64,000 nucleotides of DNA from positions 156,963 to 220,962 of the forward strand of contig OZ220724.1 in the NCBI GenBank assembly GCA_965116715.1, in the 5' to 3' direction. Shown here in pieces: positions 49,517 through 57,511 of the stretch (position 1 is the first letter of the stretch; the number at the start of each line of letters is the position of its first letter). This DNA is from Acidimicrobiales bacterium. GTDB lineage: Bacteria > Actinomycetota > Acidimicrobiia > Acidimicrobiales > Poriferisodalaceae. Below the pieces are notes generated by a model. The model did no database searches and was not told where the DNA came from. It saw only the letters and a list, made by a program, of their open reading frames with translations. The position numbers and the translations under genes were made by a program.

Positions 49517-49742
49517 TCACTGGTGGCCGAGACTTCTGGGGCAGACGAACAGCGGCGCAACTGCGCACGCCACGGTGTACCAGTGCGTGTGCCAGACCGG
49601 AACGCTCTGATATGTGCGATCGCAACGCCAGATAAGCGTTGGCTTTCGCGTGTAGACCGGCGCACCCTGCGAGTCGTAGTCAACAACAAGCACATAGTCA
49701 GTGACATATCGGCAGTTGGTCTCGACCAACTCTTGTGCGTAC
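49517..49742 (-). pseudogene. C-terminal part of a small secreted-protein gene split by the IS982 element
   Basis: The reading frame ...YAQELVETNCRYVTDYVLVVDYDSQGAPVYTRK...SLGHQ* is protein-like and abuts the left IS end. Confidence 0.4.
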
Positions 49743-50771
49743 CTAGATGGTTAGTTCCAAGGGGTGGGGTCCACCGGTTAGGGGGTGAGGGTGTCCAAGC
49801 TCGGGGTGTGTATTCACGCCTCGATCTTGGAGGTTCTTGGCATGGGCCCGGACTTGGACACCCTCGCGACTGCACTGTATGTGAGGATCGATGACCTGTT
49901 GGCAGCGAATCCCGGTTGGGCGCCGAAGCGGCCCGAGGTGGGGATCGCGCCGAGGCTGACCGACGCGGAGCTGGTCACCTTGGCGGTGGTCTCGGCGCTT
50001 TTGGGCTATGACAACGAATCGCAGTTCGTGCGCTTCGCGCATGAGCATCTGCGGCCGTGGTTCCCGTATGTGCCCAACCGCGACGGCTACAACAAGCGGC
50101 TGCGGCGCTGCGCCGACACGATCGCCCGGGTCATTGCTGCTTTGGCGCGCGAGTGCGTCTCGTGGAACGACGACGTCTGGCTGGTGGACTCCACCCCCGT
50201 GGGGTGCGGCACCAGCCGCGAGACCGCCAAGCGCTCGGGCCTCGCCGACTGGGCCGAATACGGCTGGTGCGCGTCGCATTCCCGCTATTTCTGGGGCCTG
50301 CGGCTGCACCTGATCGCGACCCCCGCAGGGCTGCCGGTCGCCTTCGCGCTCGCCGGAGCCAAAGCCGACGAACGCGACGTCTGCGCCGCCATGATCGACC
50401 AAGCCGGCCTGGGCCGACGGGGCCAGACCCTCATCGCCGACAAGGGCTACCGCTCCCAAGCCTTCGAGACCGGCCTCAGCTCGGCCGGCATCACCATGCT
50501 GCGGCCCGCCACCCGCACCGAGACCCCGCGGCCCGGTGCCAAGCTCCTGCGCCCGCTGCGCCAGATCATCGAATCGATCAACTGGACACTCAAAGGCCAA
50601 CTCAGCCTCGAACGCCACCGCGGCCGCACCCGCACAGGCGTCGCCGTCCGCATCGCCACCCGCCTGCTCGCCCTCACCGCCGCCATCTGGCACAACGAGA
50701 CCTACCACCCCCACCGGCCACCACGCTCACTGACCGCCTACGACCACTAACCCTTGGAACTAACCATCTAG
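49743..50771 (+). mobile_element. IS982-family insertion sequence (1029 bp)
   Basis: It has perfect 21-bp terminal inverted repeats (CTAGATGGTTAGTTCCAAGGG) at 49743-49763 and 50751-50771. They enclose one DDE transposase ORF. Confidence 0.85.
49842..50750 (+). CDS. IS982-family DDE transposase
   Basis: The sequence DDLL...LTDAELVTLAV...LVDSTPV...IADKGY...IESINWTLKGQL is typical of IS982 transposases. GGAGG lies 7 nt before ATG 49842. The track ORF begins at 49785. Confidence 0.85.
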   Translation: MGPDLDTLATALYVRIDDLLAANPGWAPKRPEVGIAPRLTDAELVTLAVVSALLGYDNESQFVRFAHEHLRPWFPYVPNRDGYNKRLRRCADTIARVIAALARECVSWNDDVWLVDSTPVGCGTSRETAKRSGLADWAEYGWCASHSRYFWGLRLHLIATPAGLPVAFALAGAKADERDVCAAMIDQAGLGRRGQTLIADKGYRSQAFETGLSSAGITMLRPATRTETPRPGAKLLRPLRQIIESINWTLKGQLSLERHRGRTRTGVAVRIATRLLALTAAIWHNETYHPHRPPRSLTAYDH

Positions 50772-50898
50772 TGTCGGCACTAGCCGGATTCGCGCCGACT
50801 ATGCCGACGAGCGTGGTTGCCAACATCAGAGCGGCTAGCACGACCGCCAAGGGACGACGCAGCGCCCACAGGCGTCCGTCACGGTTGATTAACTTCAC
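50772..50898 (-). pseudogene. N-terminal (signal peptide) part of the IS-disrupted secreted-protein gene
   Basis: AAGGAGG lies 5 nt before GTG 50898. The sequence VKLINRDGRLWALRRPLAVVLAALMLATTLVGIVGANPASAD then runs into the right IS end. Confidence 0.45.
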
Positions 50899-50945
50899 AT
50901 CTGCCTCCTTGTAGGGGATTAGTTGGATTTCCCTACACTGGGAGC

Positions 50946-51689
50946 GTGGATGTATCGTTTCAGACAGGACCGCGCGAGCCGAGGGCGGTTGCGTACGCAC
51001 GGGTGTCCACCGGAGCGCAGGCCGACTCCGGGCTGGGAGTCGCCGCGCAGCACCGAGCGATCGCTGCGGCCGCTGCGGAACGAGGTTGGGATGTGGTGGG
51101 CGCATTCACCGACGGCGCTGTGTCAGCGACCATCGAACCTCAGCGCCGCCCACAGCTCTCGGAGGCACTCAAGCTGCTTGCCACCGGTGGCGCCGACATG
51201 CTGATTGCGGCACGGCTGGACCGCTTTGCCCGCTCGATGCGCGATTTGATGTGGTTGTTGGACATCGCGGATGATCAGGGTTGGCAGCTACTGGGCCTCG
51301 ATGTCATCGTGGACCCCAAGACTCCGATCGGTTCCTTCCTACGCACCGTGCTCGGTGCGTTTGCGGAACTCGACCGCGCCGTGATCAGCGAGCGTACGAC
51401 TGCGGCCCTGTCAGTAGCGAAGAGCCGCGGAACTCGGTTGGGACGCCCCTGCCAGCAACCACAAGAAGCAATGGACCTAGCTGTGACCATGCGCGCCGAA
51501 GGGAACAGCTATCGCCAGATCGGCAGAGCCCTCCAAGACCGCGGCCTGCGCACAGCACAGGGGTGCAGTACTTGGCACGCCGCCACCGTGCGATCCCTGA
51601 TCAATAGCGCTCGTCTCGATGCGGAAGCCGCTGCGAACAGAGTCGCTCTCCAAGCCATCGAGCGTCTCGCATTGGCCGAGAACACTTGA
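50946..51689 (+). CDS. small serine recombinase (resolvase/invertase family with a C-terminal HTH)
   Basis: AVAYARVSTGAQ holds the catalytic Ser. The motifs DRFARS and ELDRAVISERT are present, and the C-terminal segment NSYRQIGRAL is an HTH. Confidence 0.85.
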   Translation: MDVSFQTGPREPRAVAYARVSTGAQADSGLGVAAQHRAIAAAAAERGWDVVGAFTDGAVSATIEPQRRPQLSEALKLLATGGADMLIAARLDRFARSMRDLMWLLDIADDQGWQLLGLDVIVDPKTPIGSFLRTVLGAFAELDRAVISERTTAALSVAKSRGTRLGRPCQQPQEAMDLAVTMRAEGNSYRQIGRALQDRGLRTAQGCSTWHAATVRSLINSARLDAEAAANRVALQAIERLALAENT

Positions 51690-51802
51690 CAGCCGCACCA
51701 GCCGGGTGTAGATAAACGAACATATACGCTACGCATATAGGCCGTGTCTGGGCCTGTGATTCGCCTTGGGACGTAGCTACGGGATCCCGGGCGAGCCTCG
51801 TT

Positions 51803-51988
51803 GACAACCTTGCCGGTCAGATTGTCCGCAGGCGCTGGGGCTTCGGCGACGACATCGCTGATGTGGTGCTGTTCTTCGCATCGGATGCATCCCGCTACGT
51901 CACCGGCGAGACGCTGGAGGTGGACGGCGGGCTGGCTCGTGTCACGGCCTCGAACGCCCCGCCGGCCCTGCCGGATCTCGAGGACTGA
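51803..51988 (+). pseudogene. orphan 3' fragment of an SDR gene (part of the right direct repeat)
   Basis: It translates in frame to ...NLAGQIVRRRWGFGDDIADVVLFFASDASRYVTGETLEVDGGLARVTASNAPPALPDLED*, which closely parallels the C-terminus of the SDR at 48146..48973 with a few substitutions. It has no 5' part. Confidence 0.8.
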
Positions 51989-52007
51989 ACCGCACCCGAA
52001 CGCGCGA

Positions 52008-52035
52008 AGGGCGCCGGACCGCAGTCCGGCGCCCT
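52008..52035. terminator. 12-bp hairpin, bidirectional terminator (right copy)
   Basis: AGGGCGCCGGAC-cgca-GTCCGGCGCCCT lies between the SDR fragment and the proX stop. Confidence 0.6.
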
Positions 52036-52088
52036 CCGTTGTGCGCCTGAGCCGTCAGCCCTGCCGGGCTGCGGCTGCGTTCAGTTGT

Positions 52089-53309
52089 CTACGCAGCGGC
52101 GCGTGCTGCGTCGAGCCAGGCGTCAACCGTGGCCCGGTTGTTGGCAATCCACTGGATGGCGATGTCACGCGGCGGTGTGCCCCCGTCTTGTTCGACGTTG
52201 GCCAACGCCACGTCGATGACCGACAGCGTCACAGCGTCGAACAATGCTTCGGCAGCCGGGTTCGCCGCCAGGAAGTTGTTGTTCGCAGTCACCTGGATGT
52301 CGGCGGCGATCCAGCCGAGCTGGCACAGGCCGTCAGCGGACGTACCCGCGGACGGGCACGCGTCTGGGCCGATCTGTGCGTTGACCGGTGAGCCGTCGGA
52401 GCCGAGCTGGCTCCACTGCTCACCGCCCTCAAGTCCCAGCGGGTTGGAGTCGTCGATCACGTTCTCGACGCCCATCCAATACACATTGTCGCCCGGGCGC
52501 AGCTGCGTCAGATACGCCGTGGGAGTCCATGTGTACATCACCATCGCCTTGCCATCGTCAGCGTTGTCAACCGCTTGGGCGAACATCGCGTCGTAGCCGG
52601 CTTTGACTTGCTGGATGTTGTCCCAGCTGCTGAATGCGATCTGACTCTCGATGATGTCGTCGCAGGTCCAGTCCTCGGGGCAGCCGAAGATATCGGCGAC
52701 GCCGTTGCCCGGATCAGCGTCGACCTCGTCGAACGCGGCAAGCGCATCGGCGTTGCGGTTGAGCTCATCCATGGTGTAGACGCCGTACTCGTCGGCGAAT
52801 GCCTTCGTGACCAGGAAGCCCTGGAGCCCACCGGCCACCATCTCTTCGCCGACGATGGTCACATGCTCCTTCACGAGCGAACCATCGGGCAGCTCGTTCT
52901 CCAGCCACGAGAGGTGGCCCGGGTACCAGCTGTTGGGCCAGTAGTCCATTTCGCCCAAGGCCATGGCGGTGTAGCCATTGCTCGGGCCGAGCTCGATCTC
53001 GGCCGGGTCGGACACCTCGTAGCCCAGTTCCTCGAGCAGCAGCTTGTAGAGCTCAGCTTGGAAGTAGCCACTGGACCAATTGGCCCGGCCGGCCAGAACC
53101 GAGACGCCCTCGCCAGGCGTCATCGACATCTCTTCCATCGGCTCTGTAGCTGCCGGCTCTTCTTCGACCATGGCTTCGGTCGTGGCGGCAGGAGCCTCGG
53201 TCTCGGCAGTTTCCGTGGCATCGCCGTCACCGTCGTCGCCGCACGCGGCAGCGAACAGTGCGAAGGCTGCTAGTAGCAACAGCAGCTTGGTCCATCGTTT
53301 CGATTTCAT
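52089..53309 (-). CDS. proX: glycine betaine/proline betaine ABC transporter substrate-binding lipoprotein
   Basis: A lipobox (LFAAACG) and an acidic linker are followed by an OpuAC-type domain (ANWSSGYFQAELYK..., YWPNSWYPGH). Confidence 0.85.
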   Translation of the reverse strand: MKSKRWTKLLLLLAAFALFAAACGDDGDGDATETAETEAPAATTEAMVEEEPAATEPMEEMSMTPGEGVSVLAGRANWSSGYFQAELYKLLLEELGYEVSDPAEIELGPSNGYTAMALGEMDYWPNSWYPGHLSWLENELPDGSLVKEHVTIVGEEMVAGGLQGFLVTKAFADEYGVYTMDELNRNADALAAFDEVDADPGNGVADIFGCPEDWTCDDIIESQIAFSSWDNIQQVKAGYDAMFAQAVDNADDGKAMVMYTWTPTAYLTQLRPGDNVYWMGVENVIDDSNPLGLEGGEQWSQLGSDGSPVNAQIGPDACPSAGTSADGLCQLGWIAADIQVTANNNFLAANPAAEALFDAVTLSVIDVALANVEQDGGTPPRDIAIQWIANNRATVDAWLDAARAAA

Positions 53310-53500
53310 CTCGGAGATCCTCCCTGATCTGCGACAGATTGCGTCACGCGGTGCACCGTGTTGAGACCACGCATGTACGGCGCCGTTCGCCCGGCTCGAC
53401 GAGGGCTCCTTGTGCAGCAGCGTAGTCGGGTCATGTGCGCGCCTAACACCTTAGACCGCGCATACGTGTTCGGAGTGCTTGTTCCGGTGCGGGACAATTC

Positions 53501-56155
53501 CTAACCGGTGCTGGCAGGAATATCGCCGTACACCTTGTTGCGTTCAAACTCAGCGAGGGTGGCGCGGCTCGAGGCGAAGATCGTTGCACCGGCGGACAAT
53601 GCGACCACCGCGCCCACGCCCGACACGAAGTTCACCTCTGCTACCCGGGCGATCGACGCGATCCAGCCCGCCGGTCCGAGCGCGATGGCCATGCCCACGC
53701 CTCCCACCACCGTGCTCCAGCGATAGCGGCGCCCCTCGTCGATGCCGAACACTCCGATGGCAGGCAGGACCAGGCCCAGCACCGCCAAGCCCGCCAGCAG
53801 CGTCCAGATGCCTAGGCGCGAGCCGTCGCTTTGGTAGCCGTTGAAGATGACATCGCCCTTGCGCTCCGCCTCCGACAGTTTCGTTTGGAACGTGGTACTC
53901 GCCGAACTCTCCGCAGTCTTGGCCTCAATCTCGGCATTGCGCAGCTCCTCCGCGCGTGCGAGGTTTCCGGCGGCCTCTTCCGCCTTCGCCGCAGCGGACA
54001 GTTCTCGGGCCTCGCGGGCCCAGTCCAGCGCCTCGTCCCTGAGCGCGTCGAGTTCGGCCTGAAGTTCGGGGCCGACGACAGAACCCGTCCTGGTGTCGAA
54101 ACTCCAGCCCGAGTACGTGCCCATGACCAGCAGCAGCACGGCGAACATGCAGCCGACCAATCTGCCCCAACCGATACGAGCAGTGAGCGGACGTCGCGCT
54201 GTCATGGGAGCGCTCCAGAGCCAGGAGACTGCGCCTGCAACCGCGACCATGCCGGCGGCCACGGCGACCCATACCCCGAGACCGGTTGAGTGAAGTGCCG
54301 CAGCGCTCGGCGGGTTGGTGAGCAGGAACGCCAGCGACAGGCCCAGCGCACCTGAGGCGAACAGCACGGCACCGTGTGGTCCGAACCAAGGCGGAGTCTC
54401 GCCGGGTCTCACGAGCATCATGGCAGCCGACCACAGCAGAGCTGTGGCGAGCGCGGCCATGAAGATGCCGTACCAGGAGCCGCCCGACGGCGACACGCCA
54501 TTGAAGCTGTTGGACAGGAAGCGAGTCTCGCCAGTGCAGGCCAACTCCGAGGATTCTTCACTGGTGCCAAGCGGATCGAGCTGGGCGGCGTCCACCCACT
54601 CGCCGGCGCACTCCTCGGTGCGCAGGTCGGCGTCATCGAACCTGGCCCACGCCGAGACCCGACCTGCGTCGACGCTCCACGGCAACAACAGCGCGATCAG
54701 CATGATCAGCGCGCCCGCGCCCGCAAAGATGACCGAGACTCGCTCGCGGCGCGAGGCCGGAGCGAATTCCTCGGGGGGCGGCTCAGGCTCCTCGGCGAGC
54801 ATGGAGGCTTTCTGATTGGCCGCAGACTCAGCCGCTTCCAACAGCTTTTCGGGTGTGCGCCGATTGGACCACGCCTTGCCGATGCGCGAGAGCAGGTTGC
54901 TGCTGTCCGCGTCCGTTTGGCTGATCCTGTCGAGCACGACTGCCACCAGAAAGAAGGCCAAGCCACCGGAAACGCCGAGGGCAATGTCCTGATTCTGGAT
55001 GCCTTGGTACAGCAACCGGCCCAAGCCGCCCGCGCCCATGATGGCGGCGATGCCAAGCATGGAGATCGACAGCAGCAGCGTCTGGTTGAGGCCGGTCATG
55101 ATCGCCGGCCGCGCGAGCGGCAGCTGGACATCGAAGAGCACTCGGCGCTCCGGCGCTCCGTATGCGCGGGCTGCCTCCACGACGTCCTCGGGCACTTGTC
55201 TGATGCCGAGATTGGTGAGCCGGATCAGCGGAGGCAGAGCGAAGGTCATCGTGACCATCGTCGCTGACACGAACCCGATCCCGAAGAAGTAGATGAACGG
55301 CAGCATGTACACGAATGAGTGCACCACCTGCATGGCGTCCAAGACCGGTCTGACCACGGTCCATGCCCCGTCGACCCGGCCACAGAGCACGCCGATCGGG
55401 ATGCCTACGATCACGCACAAGAGCACCGCGACCGCAATGAAGCCGAGCGTACGTGCCGTTTCCACCCAGTATTCGGCCCCCAGCAGGCCGCAGCCGACGA
55501 GCGCCGTTGCTGACATAGCGCCCACCATGAAGCCCCGTACCAACCAGCCGATGGCGAACACCATCAGGCACACGGTGATCCACGACATCTCCACGAGCCA
55601 CTGGTCGACGATCAAGTCCAGGAGCCTGGCGAAGGGCCACTTGATGACCTGGAGGGTCTGGTCGAGGTTGTTCTCCACCCAGCGCACGGTTTGCTCGCCC
55701 CAGTCACCGACCGGGATCGTCCACTGATCGAGGACGGTGTTCTGGCGCACTTGCGAGACAAGGCCCGAACTGCACTCCAGCAACTCGCCGTCTTCGTCGA
55801 CGATGGCGTTGACGCATTCGAGCGGTTCGCCCTCTTGGGAAAACTTGCGCCGACCCGAAGCAATCAGTTCATTCGGCCGGGTCCGATACCACAGCACCGC
55901 CAGCAGCCCCAATATCCCGCCGCTGGTGACACCCCATCTGCGGCTCTTGATGCCGCCGGCCACCATCAGCATGGGAATCGCGAACAGCGCGATCACCACT
56001 AGCCACTCGAAGCCAACCTGGAACCAGTCGATGATCACATCGCCGGCCTCAGGACTGGTGACCGTATCGATGAAGCGGTCGATGAAGTGTCCCTGCTGCT
56101 CAGTGGCATCGGCCTGCGCGAGCACACTGGCGCCGGTGTTCGTGAACGCGCTCAC
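53501..56155 (-). CDS. proW: glycine betaine ABC permease (ProW/OpuAB core) with a large N-terminal extension and a C-terminal extension of about 450 aa
   Basis: The core has the EAA-type loop (EDVVEAARAYGAPERRVLFDVQLPLARP). After DRISQ come about 450 more residues with several hydrophobic helices and an Ala/Glu-rich coiled segment. Confidence 0.8.
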   Translation of the reverse strand: MSAFTNTGASVLAQADATEQQGHFIDRFIDTVTSPEAGDVIIDWFQVGFEWLVVIALFAIPMLMVAGGIKSRRWGVTSGGILGLLAVLWYRTRPNELIASGRRKFSQEGEPLECVNAIVDEDGELLECSSGLVSQVRQNTVLDQWTIPVGDWGEQTVRWVENNLDQTLQVIKWPFARLLDLIVDQWLVEMSWITVCLMVFAIGWLVRGFMVGAMSATALVGCGLLGAEYWVETARTLGFIAVAVLLCVIVGIPIGVLCGRVDGAWTVVRPVLDAMQVVHSFVYMLPFIYFFGIGFVSATMVTMTFALPPLIRLTNLGIRQVPEDVVEAARAYGAPERRVLFDVQLPLARPAIMTGLNQTLLLSISMLGIAAIMGAGGLGRLLYQGIQNQDIALGVSGGLAFFLVAVVLDRISQTDADSSNLLSRIGKAWSNRRTPEKLLEAAESAANQKASMLAEEPEPPPEEFAPASRRERVSVIFAGAGALIMLIALLLPWSVDAGRVSAWARFDDADLRTEECAGEWVDAAQLDPLGTSEESSELACTGETRFLSNSFNGVSPSGGSWYGIFMAALATALLWSAAMMLVRPGETPPWFGPHGAVLFASGALGLSLAFLLTNPPSAAALHSTGLGVWVAVAAGMVAVAGAVSWLWSAPMTARRPLTARIGWGRLVGCMFAVLLLVMGTYSGWSFDTRTGSVVGPELQAELDALRDEALDWAREARELSAAAKAEEAAGNLARAEELRNAEIEAKTAESSASTTFQTKLSEAERKGDVIFNGYQSDGSRLGIWTLLAGLAVLGLVLPAIGVFGIDEGRRYRWSTVVGGVGMAIALGPAGWIASIARVAEVNFVSGVGAVVALSAGATIFASSRATLAEFERNKVYGDIPASTG

Positions 56156-57408
56156 ATGAACACCTCCCGCTCGAAGCCTTCTATGAGCCCCTCGACCCGG
56201 CCCATCTCCTCCATGATCAACCGAGGGTCGACGTTGCCGATGAGCTTGCCGTCGTCGTCGACGACTGCGATGGACAGGCCGCGTCCCGCGGCCGCATACA
56301 GCTCATTGAGCGTGGCGTCAGGCCCGCACTTGTCAAAATCGGTTCTCAGCGCCTTCTTGAGGTCATTGCTGCCCATGCTGCGAGCCCGCAGGCCGTCGGC
56401 AGCCGTCAGCAGCGAGATCGGTTTGCCGGATGAGTCACAGCAGAAGCGGCCGGCGATGTCCTGGCAGAGCGTGAGTGCATCGCTGAGCGACATGTCGGCG
56501 GGGATCGGCCGGGGCTCGGACATCACCTCGTGCGCCTTGATGACCCGTCCCTGGTCAACGTCTTGGACGAACTCGGCCACGTAGCCGGTGGCGGGCTCGG
56601 TCAGGATTTCCTCGGGTGTGCCGATCTGCACGACGGCACCGTCTTTCATGATGCAGACCCGGTCGCCGATGCGCAGCGCTTCGTTGAGATCGTGAGTGAT
56701 GAACAGGATCGTCTTGTGGACCTCGTTCTGGATCTCCATCATCTCGTCCTGCATCTGACGCCGGATGAGCGGGTCGAGCGCGCTGAAGGCTTCGTCCATG
56801 AGCAGGATGTCCGGATCGGAGGCCAGCGCTCGCGCCAGGCCGACGCGCTGCTGCATGCCGCCGGAGAGCTGGGCGGGCCGGTGGTCCGCGAATGCCGCGA
56901 GTCCCACCAGCGACAGCGCCCGCATGGACGCGTCATTTCGGTCGGAGCGTTCGACCTTCTGCACTTTGAGCCCGTAGCCGACGTTGTCGATCACGCTGCG
57001 GTGCGGGAACAGGGCGAAATGCTGGAAGACCATGCCCATCTTCTCCCGGCGGAATTCCTGCAGGTCGGTGCCGTCGAGCTTCTGCACATCGACGCCGTCC
57101 ACCAGCACCTCGCCGTGAGTGACGTCGTGCAGCTTGTTGACCATCCGGATGGCGGTCGACTTGCCTGAGCCGGACAGGCCCATCACCACGAAGATCTCGC
57201 CCCGATTCACGGAGAAGTTCACGTCGGTGAGCCCGACGACGTGACCCGAGAGCCGTTGGACGTCGTTCTTGGGCACGCCTGAGCGGGCCAGCTCGAATGC
57301 ACGGCCTCTGGGCTGCGGCCCGAAGATCTTGTAGACCTCGCTGAGTCGGATGATCTCGTCGCCCTCGGCAGCGCCGTTGGTCGGGCTGTTGGCCGCGTCG
57401 TCGCTCAT
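56152..57408 (-). CDS. proV: glycine betaine ABC transporter ATPase with tandem CBS domains
   Basis: Walker A (GLSGSGKST), the signature LSGGMQQRV and Walker B (LLMDEAFSALD) are present. The stop overlaps the proW ATG (ATGA). The start is set at MSDDAAN. Confidence 0.85.
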   Translation of the reverse strand: MSDDAANSPTNGAAEGDEIIRLSEVYKIFGPQPRGRAFELARSGVPKNDVQRLSGHVVGLTDVNFSVNRGEIFVVMGLSGSGKSTAIRMVNKLHDVTHGEVLVDGVDVQKLDGTDLQEFRREKMGMVFQHFALFPHRSVIDNVGYGLKVQKVERSDRNDASMRALSLVGLAAFADHRPAQLSGGMQQRVGLARALASDPDILLMDEAFSALDPLIRRQMQDEMMEIQNEVHKTILFITHDLNEALRIGDRVCIMKDGAVVQIGTPEEILTEPATGYVAEFVQDVDQGRVIKAHEVMSEPRPIPADMSLSDALTLCQDIAGRFCCDSSGKPISLLTAADGLRARSMGSNDLKKALRTDFDKCGPDATLNELYAAAGRGLSIAVVDDDGKLIGNVDPRLIMEEMGRVEGLIEGFEREVFM

Positions 57409-57511
57409 GCGTCCCCCTGGTGTGTCCCGTGCCACGTTAGGCGCGCTCCGTGAACCGGTCGGTAACCCGCAAGCGCTGATGGCTCGTGGCGGCCGTGACC
57501 TGTGAGAATGT

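Larger units (their letters stand above)
51803..52106 (+). repeat. right copy of the approximately 304-bp direct repeat
   Basis: See the left copy at 48788-49091. Confidence 0.85.

Noticed and set aside
49120-49875. The full 251-aa minus-strand ORF crossing the left IS982 end.
   Set aside because: It reads through the IS inverted repeat and a non-protein-like Arg-rich stretch. Only the last 102 codons (signal peptide plus lipobox) are plausible.
51801-52391. A 196-aa plus-strand ORF starting in the right direct repeat.
   Set aside because: It is out of frame with the SDR remnant and antisense to proX. It is an artefact of the duplicated segment.
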